The notes below the pieces were generated by a model. That model made no database searches and was not told the DNA's origin. It saw nothing but the letters and a program-made list of their open reading frames with translations. From the IMG/VR virus record IMGVR_UViG_3300020438_005037, positions 6,010 through 70,009 of that record: a stretch of 64,000 nucleotides of DNA; one strand, 5' to 3'. Origin of the DNA: a virus. Positions within the stretch are counted from its first letter, which is position 1. The number at the start of each line of letters is the position of its first letter. Below are positions 28,031-38,712 of the stretch, in pieces. Made by a program: the position numbers and the translations under genes.

Positions 28031-31000
28031 ATGAAATCAACCCGTTTTATAGGCAACGCCGCTGATCGCACCAGCGGTGTGTACAATCTCAGTGAAATAA
28101 ATGAAAAAATACAGGACCAAACCTATCCCACAAACTATGAGATAGAAAATAGTTTACGATTTGACGGAAGCAGCTACCTTAGTAGACCTTTTACAGCAGG
28201 TAATCGGCGAACTCATACGTTGTCTTTTTGGCTAAAAAAATCTGAGAATGTTGATTCTGCCCACCGGTACTTTTTTGACGTAACAGTAGATTCTTCTAAC
28301 TATGCACAAATGTATTTTTACGATAATCAATTAGTTTCGACAGATTACACTTCTGGAAACGATGGTAATTTACATACTAATCGTAAATTTAGAGATGTCA
28401 GTGCATGGTATCACATCGTTCTAGTTAATAATTTAACATCATCTACAAATACTTTAACTGGAACATCGACAGACAGAATACAATTATATGTAAACGGTGT
28501 GCAAGAAACGTCATTTTTAGGTTTTAATATCCCAGCTATAAACTCCACAACTTATATTAATTCGGCTAATACGCATATAATTGGCTGGAATACAGCTAAT
28601 ACTGCTGGTAAAGCGTTTAGTGGATATATGGCAGACATACATTTTGTTGATGGTTCTGCACTAGATCCTACACATTTTGCACACTCACATCCATCAACCG
28701 GACGTTGGTCACCAAAACGATATCGGGGAACCTATGGTAACAACGGTTTCCATTTAGAATTTAAAAACACAGGCACCCATACTGGCGTGGGCGGAATAGG
28801 AGAAGACACCAGTGGCAATGCTAATCACTGGGCGGTCACTGGCTTAACAGTGCATGATATAGTGCCGGATTCTCCCGGCAACAATTTTGTCACATGGAAT
28901 CCTGTATCAAAAAGTGGAGGAACCACTACAACTCTGCATACCATAGCTCAAGGAGCATTACAACTTACTCACATTACAAATGCAGCATGGCAAGCTCTTT
29001 CTGCTACTTTTGGTGCATCAACAGGTAAGTTTTATTATGAAATCCACACTATATCAATATCTAATACCACAAATGACCATGGTTTTGGATTTGTAACACA
29101 GGAAGATATAGATGAAAAGCTATATTATGGTGAATCTAAAACAGTGTTATATACTTTAGATGGCGGCACTTCAAGCATCGCTATAGGTGTTGGCGGTACA
29201 TCAGATAGCGGTATAGGCAGGCAAGCTGTAGCATCTAGCATGCCTAAACCTACTAACGGGGATACCATGCAGTGTGTTATAGATTTGGATAAACGAACAG
29301 TTCAATTTGGATTGAACGGAACATTTTATGAAACTGCAAATATCCATTTTGATTACACCACAATGATTCCTGTGTTTAGTTCTTACAAATATCAAAATAA
29401 TGCTACTGCAGCTGATATTGTTGCGAATTTTGGTCAAGATCCTACATTTTCAGGAAACAAAACGGTTACTAAATCCTACACGGATGCTAACAATCGTGGA
29501 CAGTTCTATTATCCACCACCTGCAGGCGCACTGGCTCTGTGCGAAAAGAATCTCGTTCAACCACAAGATTCTGTCAGTGAATATAGAGTAGACGATACCG
29601 ACACCAAAGCATTAACCTACACAGGCAATGTTGAAATATCAAAATTCACACCATATGCACAGGATGGGTACAGCATATATTTGCCGGAATCAACCAGCGA
29701 TTATTTAACTGTAAGTCATAATGCTGTACTGAATTTGCCAGCAAATTTTACAATTGATTTTTGGTTGTACGCTATCCAGGTACCGCATAGCAGTTATTAT
29801 AATATGGTTGTTCATAAATGGGGTGCTGATGCAGATAAAGAATTCGTTATCCAATATGAGGCAGATGGAAAGTTAAAATTTACTGTAGCATCTAATAATA
29901 CCGGAACATACAATACTCATGCAACTTCTGCAGGGCGTATACAATTTAATACAAAATGGCAGCATGTAGCAATAGTTGGTGATATTACAAACACGGCAAT
30001 AACAAAAATTTACATTGACGGTGTTTTAGATAGTTCTAAAATAGATTGGCCTATGCCCTACTATAATAGTAGCACAGCAAATTTAAGATTTGGAGAATAT
30101 GGTTCAAGCACAAATTATACAGATAATCATTATATCAGTGACTTTAGAATAATAAAAGGCACACAGTTGTATTCTGGAAGTAGTTACACTGTGCCAACTG
30201 CTCCTGTTAGTACTACAGATAATAGTCCTTCATTGGTCTTATCAACTAACAGTAAAACTTTTAAGGATAGCAGTGCAAACAATTTAACTGTCACGCTAAC
30301 CGGCGCTCCTTCAATAGAAGCGTTCAGTCCTTACACACCAAAAGACAGTGTTCCTGATCACAGTGTGCATGGTGGGAGTTTTTACTTTAATGATTCAAAT
30401 AAAAGAATAGAATTCAACTATGCTAATGCAATCAGCTCACAAGATTATCGTATGGAATTTTGGGTAAATCTTGAATATAAATCTGGCAAAACATACTCAC
30501 ATTTGTTTGACCAAAGGGAGGATTCAGATGATACAAGTGGATATGGAATGTGTTGCAATTTCCAATGGTATACTGATGATGGTATCTATGCTAAAATTTA
30601 TTTTCTCAGAGGCACCGACCAAAGTATAGCTAATACCACAAAACTACGTCCAAATCAATGGCATCATATTGTTTTAATTAGAAGCTATGCTGCATTTTTC
30701 AAGGTATATATTGATACCGTAGAACAAACTTCATGGTCAAGCGAAACTGCAAAAAATGGTTATTGGGGACAGATTGGTTTCGGTAGAACACTCCAACCTA
30801 TTGGATATACAGCAACAGATACTTCTCTTTATTATATTGGTTATCTAGCAGACGTCAAAATTGATGTTGGCAATAGTGGTACTGACCTTAATGCTCCTAC
30901 TGCTAATCCAACTTCAAAAAAATCTACTGATGCAAACACTAAATTATTACTTCAACCTTACCATACTGCACCTGCACACGGAGCTTTAGAAACACTAGAT

Positions 31001-32860
31001 GCATACAACACAGACGAAACGGGAAAACAAATAACATATCATAAACAAGCAAACGTGGTTAGTGCTAATCCTTTTACTGATGTAAAAATAGGTAGTGTTA
31101 GCATAGGAGGTGCAGTAGGTGATGGAATCGAAATTCCTTCGACAACAGATTTTACGTTTAGCACAGGAGAATTTACAGTAGAAATGTGGGTTAGACCTAC
31201 AAATACTACAAGTGCTATTGGAAGAAGAACTCTTATCTCACATAGAAATGCTAACCAATCAGGAACAGATACAACACAATGGGCATGGTTTATAAATGAT
31301 AATAATTTTGAAGTACATGATATAGGCGCTATTAAAGTTAGTGGAGGTGGAGAATTTGGATCAAGTGGAAGTTCTTTAAATAAATGGCATCATGTCGTTT
31401 GGTGTAGAGATAGTACTAGTATGCGGTTCTATGTTAACGGAATTCTTAAAACTACAATTGCTTATGCTAGTTATAATCCTAATTACTCTACAGATCGTCA
31501 ACTTATAATTGGTAGTGATACTCTTGTAGATTCAACGTTGGACGGATTTATTACAGATGTTCGTATAGTTAAAGGTCAAGCACTTTATGTAAACGCATTT
31601 ACAACACCAGCATATCCTTTGTCAAGCACCCATTATACAACAGATGGTACCGATCCTACGACATCTAGCACAAAACAAACTATATCCGGAACAGTTAGTT
31701 TATTCCTACAACCTGGCAAGACCACATCCAACACACTGGCAGCAGAAAATCCTGAGAAATTTTATAAAGCAATAACTTTTGATGGTACAGGACAAACCCA
31801 GGCTATATCAGGACTGGCCTTCCAACCAGATCTAGTGTGGATGAAAAATAGGGACACAGCCCAATCTCATGCTTTAGTTGATTCTGTTAGGACTAGATCC
31901 AAGGTATTATTTTCTGACAGTACTGGTGCTCAACAAACATCGGGATCAACAGAAGATTTAATATCTTTTGATAGTAACGGATTCTCGGTAGGAACACCTG
32001 CAAGAGCAGGATCAACTAATAACTCAGGTAGTTCTATTGTAGCTTGGTCATGGCGAGCCGGTGGGGCACCAAGTGCTGATGGAAAAGCAATGATAGATGG
32101 CGTAGAAAAAACTATCACAGGTGATGCTATATTAGATGCTGGAACAATTACTCCTACGAAGATAAGTGCAAATACACGAGCAGGTTTTAGTATTGTAAAA
32201 TACACTTCTCCTAATGATAGTAGCGATCAAACTGTGCCACACGGTCTATCTTCGTCCCCAAATTGGATCATAATAAAAAATCTTGACAATACTTATAATT
32301 GGGATATATATCATTCAAGCGTTAGCAATTCTGGAATCTTTACCACTGCTGCGATAGACAGTCGCAGTGCTTTTGGCACAGTGAACAATAATATATTCAC
32401 AACCAAAATTAATTTTACACACTATAGCACAAATAATTATATTGCCTACTGCTGGCACTCAGTGCCTGGCTATTCTGCATTTGGGAACTACACCGGAGTA
32501 GTATCAGGAAAACCATTCATATACACTGGATTTAAACCTGCCTGGGTCATGATTAAAGGAACTGATGTCGCTTATAGTGGTTCAACCAATTTAGGTTCAT
32601 ATCAAGGATGGTCAATTTTTGATACTGCTAGGGATGATTATAATCCTTCCAAATTGCCACTTTACGCAAATGCAGCTTATAGTGAAGGACTTGCTGGTAA
32701 TGGTAGTGGAACTGCTGGTGCATCTGTTGGAGGAATTGATATTGTTTCCAATGGATTTAGAATTTTAGATGGCTCTGCATCCTATAGTGGCATTGCTAAT
32801 ATAAACCATATTTACATAGCATTTGCTGAACAACCATTCACAAGGAATCGAGCACGATGA
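28031..32860 (+). CDS. Multi-LamG/ConA-like and SPRY-like virion adhesin (1609 aa)
   Basis: NSLRFDGSSYL, repeated FT(I/V)(D/E).W...W.H...Y..G...GY(I/L).D.RI LamG units; FQPDLVWMK and GFKPAWVMIK C-terminal module. Confidence 0.8.
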   Translation: MKSTRFIGNAADRTSGVYNLSEINEKIQDQTYPTNYEIENSLRFDGSSYLSRPFTAGNRRTHTLSFWLKKSENVDSAHRYFFDVTVDSSNYAQMYFYDNQLVSTDYTSGNDGNLHTNRKFRDVSAWYHIVLVNNLTSSTNTLTGTSTDRIQLYVNGVQETSFLGFNIPAINSTTYINSANTHIIGWNTANTAGKAFSGYMADIHFVDGSALDPTHFAHSHPSTGRWSPKRYRGTYGNNGFHLEFKNTGTHTGVGGIGEDTSGNANHWAVTGLTVHDIVPDSPGNNFVTWNPVSKSGGTTTTLHTIAQGALQLTHITNAAWQALSATFGASTGKFYYEIHTISISNTTNDHGFGFVTQEDIDEKLYYGESKTVLYTLDGGTSSIAIGVGGTSDSGIGRQAVASSMPKPTNGDTMQCVIDLDKRTVQFGLNGTFYETANIHFDYTTMIPVFSSYKYQNNATAADIVANFGQDPTFSGNKTVTKSYTDANNRGQFYYPPPAGALALCEKNLVQPQDSVSEYRVDDTDTKALTYTGNVEISKFTPYAQDGYSIYLPESTSDYLTVSHNAVLNLPANFTIDFWLYAIQVPHSSYYNMVVHKWGADADKEFVIQYEADGKLKFTVASNNTGTYNTHATSAGRIQFNTKWQHVAIVGDITNTAITKIYIDGVLDSSKIDWPMPYYNSSTANLRFGEYGSSTNYTDNHYISDFRIIKGTQLYSGSSYTVPTAPVSTTDNSPSLVLSTNSKTFKDSSANNLTVTLTGAPSIEAFSPYTPKDSVPDHSVHGGSFYFNDSNKRIEFNYANAISSQDYRMEFWVNLEYKSGKTYSHLFDQREDSDDTSGYGMCCNFQWYTDDGIYAKIYFLRGTDQSIANTTKLRPNQWHHIVLIRSYAAFFKVYIDTVEQTSWSSETAKNGYWGQIGFGRTLQPIGYTATDTSLYYIGYLADVKIDVGNSGTDLNAPTANPTSKKSTDANTKLLLQPYHTAPAHGALETLDAYNTDETGKQITYHKQANVVSANPFTDVKIGSVSIGGAVGDGIEIPSTTDFTFSTGEFTVEMWVRPTNTTSAIGRRTLISHRNANQSGTDTTQWAWFINDNNFEVHDIGAIKVSGGGEFGSSGSSLNKWHHVVWCRDSTSMRFYVNGILKTTIAYASYNPNYSTDRQLIIGSDTLVDSTLDGFITDVRIVKGQALYVNAFTTPAYPLSSTHYTTDGTDPTTSSTKQTISGTVSLFLQPGKTTSNTLAAENPEKFYKAITFDGTGQTQAISGLAFQPDLVWMKNRDTAQSHALVDSVRTRSKVLFSDSTGAQQTSGSTEDLISFDSNGFSVGTPARAGSTNNSGSSIVAWSWRAGGAPSADGKAMIDGVEKTITGDAILDAGTITPTKISANTRAGFSIVKYTSPNDSSDQTVPHGLSSSPNWIIIKNLDNTYNWDIYHSSVSNSGIFTTAAIDSRSAFGTVNNNIFTTKINFTHYSTNNYIAYCWHSVPGYSAFGNYTGVVSGKPFIYTGFKPAWVMIKGTDVAYSGSTNLGSYQGWSIFDTARDDYNPSKLPLYANAAYSEGLAGNGSGTAGASVGGIDIVSNGFRILDGSASYSGIANINHIYIAFAEQPFTRNRAR

Positions 32861-34764
32861 TTAAAGGAATATTAAATGCCTAAACGCATAGGAAACACAC
32901 AAACACCTAGTACTGCTGGACTTACAGATATAATTAATCTAAAACAACATAAAAACTTTGTTGAACAAGGTATATTTCCTAGTACAGACAATCATGTTGT
33001 AAACAGTTTACGATTTGATGGCAGTAGTTATTTGAGTTTTACCCCCTCCAGCACTGGCAACAGTGATATTTGGACAATTAGTGCTTGGGTCAAACAGTCA
33101 ACAGTGCCTGGAGGAGTAATTTTTAACAGTGGTACTTCTACTAGATTTTTATTAGGGCCATATAGCACAAATGGATTTTATGTTTTACGATATCCAAGTT
33201 ATCCAATAAATGCTTATACAAAGGAAAAACATCGAGATGTAAACGCATGGTATCATTTCGTTGTCGAGGTAAACACTACACAGTCATCGTTGGCAAGTGC
33301 ATTTAAAATATATCAAAACGGTGTTTTATTGTCATTTGCTACTACTACATATTCAATTACCACATTAAACACTAATACTTCTGGCGTTCCGATGTATATT
33401 GGTCAAGACGGTAATTCTACTAATCGGTGGAATGGATACATGGCTGAAGTAAATTTTATTGATGGGCAGGCATTATCGCCTACACATTTTGGTTATTACA
33501 ATAGAAGTACTGGTCAATGGAAGTCAAAAAAGTACACAGGCACATATGGTGCAAATGGTTTCCTATTAGAATTCAAAGATAGTAGTAATGTAGGTAAAGA
33601 TACAAGTGGAAATGGCAACGATTGGAATGGTACAGGCTTTGCAAGTTCAGATTTTGTATCAGATTCACCACATAATAATCATTCTGTCTGGAATGTTTTA
33701 GCTGGAAGAAATAAAAACAGCATTTTGCCGTTTATACAGCCGACTTTTAGTGAAGGAAACACAAAGTTAACAGGGCATTCAACTGATGTCGTACACGCAA
33801 TTGGTACGATTAGTTCAAGCGGAAAACATTATGCTGAATTTGTTGTAAGTGGAGGAACATCAGTAATCACTGGTGTTGGGGTAATTAGTAGCGAATGGGA
33901 TAAATCTAATCTACAGTCATATATTTATAATTTTGGAGGAGCAATATACGCTGCAGTTGGAACTTTATATAGCTCATCAACTACTGATACAAACCCAGAT
34001 CCAATAACAACTTCGTTTAGAATTGCAATTGAAGTTGATTTTAATGCGAATACTGTCAACTTTTTTAAAGTTGAGACTGATGGAAGTGGTGGTTATACAA
34101 AAACACCACAAGGTGCAGAACTAACATCTACAAATGGTATTGATTTTAAAGGTTCAGGTTCATTTGCAGCGACACTTCATTCTACTTCTCATTATGTGGA
34201 AGCATATTTTGATGCAGATGAATGGTGGGGAACGCCAAGTGCGGGCTTTACTGCATTATGTACACAGGATATTCCAACACCTGCAACAGAAAATCCTCAA
34301 GATTATTTTAAATGTGTAAAATATACCTTGCCTGGATTGAATAACACTGCATTTAATGTTCCGGTTGGATTTGATGCTGATCTACATTGGGTAAAATGCA
34401 CTGATGCAGGTGAACAGCACTACTTATTTGATACTGTCAGAAACACTGGCACTACCTACAATAAATTTTTAAACAGTGACAGTAATAACAGTGAATCTGC
34501 AGCAGATAATAATATAACGAACGCACAGGTAACAAAAATATCTAATGGATTTAGCGTACAAACTCCAGATCAAACAAGTGGTGAATTATATTTTGGCACA
34601 AGAACTTATATCGCATGGAACTGGCGAGCAGGAGGTTCTCCCACAGCAAATGACAAAGCAATGATTGATGGTGTAGAAAAGACTATCACAGGTGATGCTG
34701 TATTAGATGCTGGTACAATTACTCCTACGAAGATAAGTGCAAATACAAAAGCAGGTTTTAGTAT
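32084..34764 (+). repeat. 110-nt direct repeat (32084-32193 and 34655-34764)
   Basis: 7 mismatches in 110 nt; a second 32-nt pair at 32453-32484 and 35051-35082 has 1 mismatch. Confidence 0.9.
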
Positions 34765-35407
34765 AATACAGTATGTTGGCACTCGAACTAGCACTGCTTC
34801 TGATACGATGTCACATGGATTATCTAGTGCTCCTGAATTACTTTTAATGAAAAACTTAGACAAAAATGCTCACTGGAGTGCTTACACTATTCATGCTGCT
34901 GGAGGTGGTTATTTGAGTCTCACTGACGCATGGGGGACATCTAGAGCAACTTGGATGGTAAATGATCAAAATCCTACAAATTCTCTTATTACTGTAGGGT
35001 GGAATGCGGATAATGTGAATCAAAATGGAGACAACCACCTTATATATGCTTGGCACTCAGTACCTGGCTATTCTGCATTTGGTTCGTATAAGGGTAATAA
35101 TACTGACAATGACGGAGTTTTTGTATACACCGGATTTAAGCCAGCAGTTTTGATACTACGCAGCTCAGACGCTAGTACAGGTCGAGACTGGATAATAGTC
35201 GATAACGCAAGATCACCTCATAACCCAATTGATCATGTGTTAATGCCAAATACTAGTGGCGTAGAAAATACACTCTACGATAATCCAGTAGATTTTTTAT
35301 CCAACGGATTTAAGCTAAAAACAAATGAAGCAAATTTTAATGCTGCTGAAACACACATATATGCAGCTTTTGCCGAGCAACCAACAAACTTCACCACAGC
35401 TAGATAA
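32876..35407 (+). CDS. LamG/SPRY-like virion adhesin, paralogue of 28031-32860
   Basis: Collinear motifs with the upstream gene, lacking three internal LamG units. Confidence 0.8.
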   Translation: MPKRIGNTQTPSTAGLTDIINLKQHKNFVEQGIFPSTDNHVVNSLRFDGSSYLSFTPSSTGNSDIWTISAWVKQSTVPGGVIFNSGTSTRFLLGPYSTNGFYVLRYPSYPINAYTKEKHRDVNAWYHFVVEVNTTQSSLASAFKIYQNGVLLSFATTTYSITTLNTNTSGVPMYIGQDGNSTNRWNGYMAEVNFIDGQALSPTHFGYYNRSTGQWKSKKYTGTYGANGFLLEFKDSSNVGKDTSGNGNDWNGTGFASSDFVSDSPHNNHSVWNVLAGRNKNSILPFIQPTFSEGNTKLTGHSTDVVHAIGTISSSGKHYAEFVVSGGTSVITGVGVISSEWDKSNLQSYIYNFGGAIYAAVGTLYSSSTTDTNPDPITTSFRIAIEVDFNANTVNFFKVETDGSGGYTKTPQGAELTSTNGIDFKGSGSFAATLHSTSHYVEAYFDADEWWGTPSAGFTALCTQDIPTPATENPQDYFKCVKYTLPGLNNTAFNVPVGFDADLHWVKCTDAGEQHYLFDTVRNTGTTYNKFLNSDSNNSESAADNNITNAQVTKISNGFSVQTPDQTSGELYFGTRTYIAWNWRAGGSPTANDKAMIDGVEKTITGDAVLDAGTITPTKISANTKAGFSIIQYVGTRTSTASDTMSHGLSSAPELLLMKNLDKNAHWSAYTIHAAGGGYLSLTDAWGTSRATWMVNDQNPTNSLITVGWNADNVNQNGDNHLIYAWHSVPGYSAFGSYKGNNTDNDGVFVYTGFKPAVLILRSSDASTGRDWIIVDNARSPHNPIDHVLMPNTSGVENTLYDNPVDFLSNGFKLKTNEANFNAAETHIYAAFAEQPTNFTTAR

Positions 35408-35438
35408 TTGTTACCGATAAATATTGTAAAGGATATTT

Positions 35439-36560
35439 ATGAAATACATACGTAAAGAAATTATCAAAGGCATAGAACCAATCGCAGATCAAGATCTTAG
35501 CGTAGACGGAAACCTTGCGGTTGCTGGTAATATTGCGGTTACTGGCACAGGCTTACCAACAAAGTCTACAATAGGTTTGGAATACAACGATACATTTTAT
35601 GAAGATGTAACAAACAGTCTAAATGCATATTCAAATGCTCAAAATCTTAGCGACGGGTCCAGAAATTGGAGACTGGTTGTAAATGATGCAGTGGTAGCTA
35701 GTGTTACCAGCACAACGAGCACAGCAGTATCAGCGACACATCCTTTGTGGACCTACAACGGTAACACATATGGTATGTATAACTTTGCCACGAGTTCGCA
35801 AACCCTGAAAGGCAACAACTCTATTGACCATCGTGTGTACAAAATAAATCATCTTCCAGGTGATGTGTTAGAATTCGATCAAACCACAGAAAAATTCAAG
35901 CCAAAAAGATACGATACCCTGTGGGACGCAAAAGCCAGTGGCACAGGTGCAGCCGTTTTAACTAGCAATTTAGTTAACAGTGTCAATGGTCAAACTGGTG
36001 CAGTTACCATATCGACTGGTGGTGCAGTAAAACAACACAGTCATCATTTTTATAGTCAAAGTGCAACTGCTTTAACTTTAGGAGGTTCATCACCCTATTA
36101 TCCACAGGATTATGATCTAGTCAATGGTTCTACAGGTATTACCATAACAAAACAAGATAGTGCTACTAAATTATCCGCAGTTACCCACTTCAGTGTTACA
36201 CTTACTCCTGGAAGTGGCAATGCGAAATACTTAGGTTCTGTAGGATTCGAAGAAGCCTTTACTCGAACTATAGGTAATAGTTCTAACCTTTTTTGGTTTG
36301 GTCCTGCTTCCGTTGTAGATAGTCCTACACATAATGTATTAACAGATGGATTCCACACAGGCAATGGGCAATCTAAGATTACTAGGATGGGTAATTTTAT
36401 AAATTACCTTGAACTAGACACTGGCGGACAATATGCAGCGAACACAACTTGGACAAGTTTTAGAATAATCGCTAGACTCCAGCCATTTTCATATTGGGCT
36501 AGTAATTCATCAGGTGTATTCGCAGCTATTACAGCAATAACAACAATACTTGAAAGTTAA
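35439..36560 (+). CDS. Fibre-like structural protein with MKYIRKEI N-module
   Basis: VNSVNGQTGAV fibre motif; ATAAATA at 35417-35423. Confidence 0.7.
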   Translation: MKYIRKEIIKGIEPIADQDLSVDGNLAVAGNIAVTGTGLPTKSTIGLEYNDTFYEDVTNSLNAYSNAQNLSDGSRNWRLVVNDAVVASVTSTTSTAVSATHPLWTYNGNTYGMYNFATSSQTLKGNNSIDHRVYKINHLPGDVLEFDQTTEKFKPKRYDTLWDAKASGTGAAVLTSNLVNSVNGQTGAVTISTGGAVKQHSHHFYSQSATALTLGGSSPYYPQDYDLVNGSTGITITKQDSATKLSAVTHFSVTLTPGSGNAKYLGSVGFEEAFTRTIGNSSNLFWFGPASVVDSPTHNVLTDGFHTGNGQSKITRMGNFINYLELDTGGQYAANTTWTSFRIIARLQPFSYWASNSSGVFAAITAITTILES

Positions 36561-36565
36561 TTTAT

Positions 36566-37486
36566 ATGAAATATATACGTAAAGAAATATCAAAAGGTGT
36601 AAAACCAATTGCAGATCAAGACTTTAAAATTACAGGTGATATAGATATCACGGGCAATTATTTGCAAAACGGTTCTCCATTCAGTAGTTTTGATGCTACT
36701 GCCAGCAACACATTTACTGCAGGCCAAAAGGTAGATGTTACAGACAACACTAACCCTGCTTTTAAAATTACACAAAAAGGTACTGGGCTTACACTTATTG
36801 TGCAGGACGAAACAGAAACTTTTACAGATGTATCAACCACAAACACATATGTCGAGAGGTTGAATCTATCCTCTACATATTGGCAGTACAAATTCAACAT
36901 AAATGGAGTGTATGTTGGTAGTACCACAACTGGTATAAATGACGCTCCTACAGTAGCAAATACAACATTTACACATAACGGTGAAAATTACAGTCCTTTT
37001 AATTCTACCACTAGCGGCATCGTAGGTTATGCAGATCCAGGAACTCCTTCCACATATAGAATCTATAAGTATTATCCTCCATTTGTCATAAAGGCAGATG
37101 GAAAAGTCGGTATTGGTAAAACCGCGCCTACACAACCTTTAGATGTGGTAGGAAATATAAATACCACTGGAAATTATCTTGTGAATGGTAGTCCATTATC
37201 TACTAACATCACAAAACAAGAAAATAAAATAGTCGCAACAAGTGATGCACAAACTGTGTTTACATTTAGTACAGCCTTTATCGGGTATGATTCAACCACA
37301 CCTGCAAACAGTGATCTAGATGTATATTGGAATGGTGCAAGATTAATATATGGCACTAACAATGATTATACAATAACTGCTAACAATGCAATTACACTTA
37401 CCAGTGGCACTGGTGTGCAGACTGGCGATATTATTTACATAAACAGTCGTAATAATATTATTCTAGATCGAGATTATACACCATGA
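36566..37486 (+). CDS. Fibre-like structural protein with MKYIRKEI N-module
   Basis: GKVGIGKTAP..LDV.G and QTVF...VYWNG..L...DYT fibre motifs. Confidence 0.75.
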   Translation: MKYIRKEISKGVKPIADQDFKITGDIDITGNYLQNGSPFSSFDATASNTFTAGQKVDVTDNTNPAFKITQKGTGLTLIVQDETETFTDVSTTNTYVERLNLSSTYWQYKFNINGVYVGSTTTGINDAPTVANTTFTHNGENYSPFNSTTSGIVGYADPGTPSTYRIYKYYPPFVIKADGKVGIGKTAPTQPLDVVGNINTTGNYLVNGSPLSTNITKQENKIVATSDAQTVFTFSTAFIGYDSTTPANSDLDVYWNGARLIYGTNNDYTITANNAITLTSGTGVQTGDIIYINSRNNIILDRDYTP

Positions 37487-38712
37487 GTGTAAAAAATAAG
37501 ATACTTCCTAAAATAACGATTACAAATCTGACTAACAATTTTACTCAAACAAAAAAAATACAAGCTAGTGATAGACCTGGTTGGTATGCACAATTTGGAA
37601 CTGCAGTAGATGTTTCTGCCAACCATATAATAGTAGGTGCTTATCAGGATCCCAGCTATATTAGTAAAGGTGCTGCATACTTATTTGGCATCGATGGCGG
37701 TGAAATTGTTAAATTACTACCTAGTGATTCGGCTCAAAATGATAGATTTTCTACACAAAATAATCATGGAGTTGCTATAACAAAAAGGCGAGTCTATGTC
37801 GGAACTAGCGACAAAGATTCTGGTAAAGGTGCTGTTTACTTTTTTGATTTAACCGGCACTCAGTTAATGAAGTTACAACCTAGTGATTTAGCTAATTATA
37901 ATAGTTTTGGTATGAGTATGGCTGCTACAGAGTCTAGACTTGTGGTAGCTGCTCCTCAGCAAACTATTACAAATACATATGAGGGATCTGCTTATATATT
38001 TGATATTGACGGTAATCAGCTAGGTAAGATAGCAGCAGGTGATCCTCAAAATTACAAGCTTTTTGGTCGTTCAATTGCTTTGTCTGATACTAGGATTGTT
38101 GTAGGTGGCACGAAAGATAATGTTAAAGGAACTGATGCAGGAGCTGCATATGTGTTTGACATACATGGCACTCAGTTAGCTAAGTTATATGCTCCAGATG
38201 CTCAAGCATATGATTATTTTGGTCGTTCAATTGCCGTGTCTGATACTAGGATTGTTGTAGGAACGAACTGGGACTCTCATGAGGGAGGTGAGCCGGAAAA
38301 CAACCCCCATAATAATCTTAAAGGAGCTGCTTACATTTATGACAAAGACGGTACTTTTATAAAAAGGCTTCAGCCTAATGACTTATCAGCCGCAGACAGT
38401 GAAGGTTTCGGTGGTTCAAAATTTGGATATTCGGTTGATTGTTCAAATAGCAGGATTGTAGTAAGTTGTAAGGACGGTAGTAGTGTTTACATATTTAACA
38501 ACAATGGCGATCAGTTAGCTAAAATTATTTCCAGTGATCATAGTAGTAATGATAATTTTGGCTATGGACTTGCTGTATCAGATACAAATATTATAGTAGG
38601 TGCTCCACAAAACTCTACAGCTGGATCAGCATATATTTTTAAAAATTTTTACAATCACATACCTAGTATAAATTTTGATAAACTACGAAGTCATTTTACA
38701 GGAAAAATCTGA
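37483..38712 (+). CDS. FG-GAP 7-bladed beta-propeller, type A1
   Basis: Seven FG..VA....IVVGA...G.AYIFD repeats; C-terminus DKLRSHFTGKI. Confidence 0.88.
   Translation: MSVKNKILPKITITNLTNNFTQTKKIQASDRPGWYAQFGTAVDVSANHIIVGAYQDPSYISKGAAYLFGIDGGEIVKLLPSDSAQNDRFSTQNNHGVAITKRRVYVGTSDKDSGKGAVYFFDLTGTQLMKLQPSDLANYNSFGMSMAATESRLVVAAPQQTITNTYEGSAYIFDIDGNQLGKIAAGDPQNYKLFGRSIALSDTRIVVGGTKDNVKGTDAGAAYVFDIHGTQLAKLYAPDAQAYDYFGRSIAVSDTRIVVGTNWDSHEGGEPENNPHNNLKGAAYIYDKDGTFIKRLQPNDLSAADSEGFGGSKFGYSVDCSNSRIVVSCKDGSSVYIFNNNGDQLAKIISSDHSSNDNFGYGLAVSDTNIIVGAPQNSTAGSAYIFKNFYNHIPSINFDKLRSHFTGKI

Noticed and set aside
32084-34764. 110-nt repeat pair as a DGR template/variable repeat
   Set aside because: Both copies are coding and in frame, mismatches are mostly synonymous and include non-adenine changes, and no reverse transcriptase is in the window
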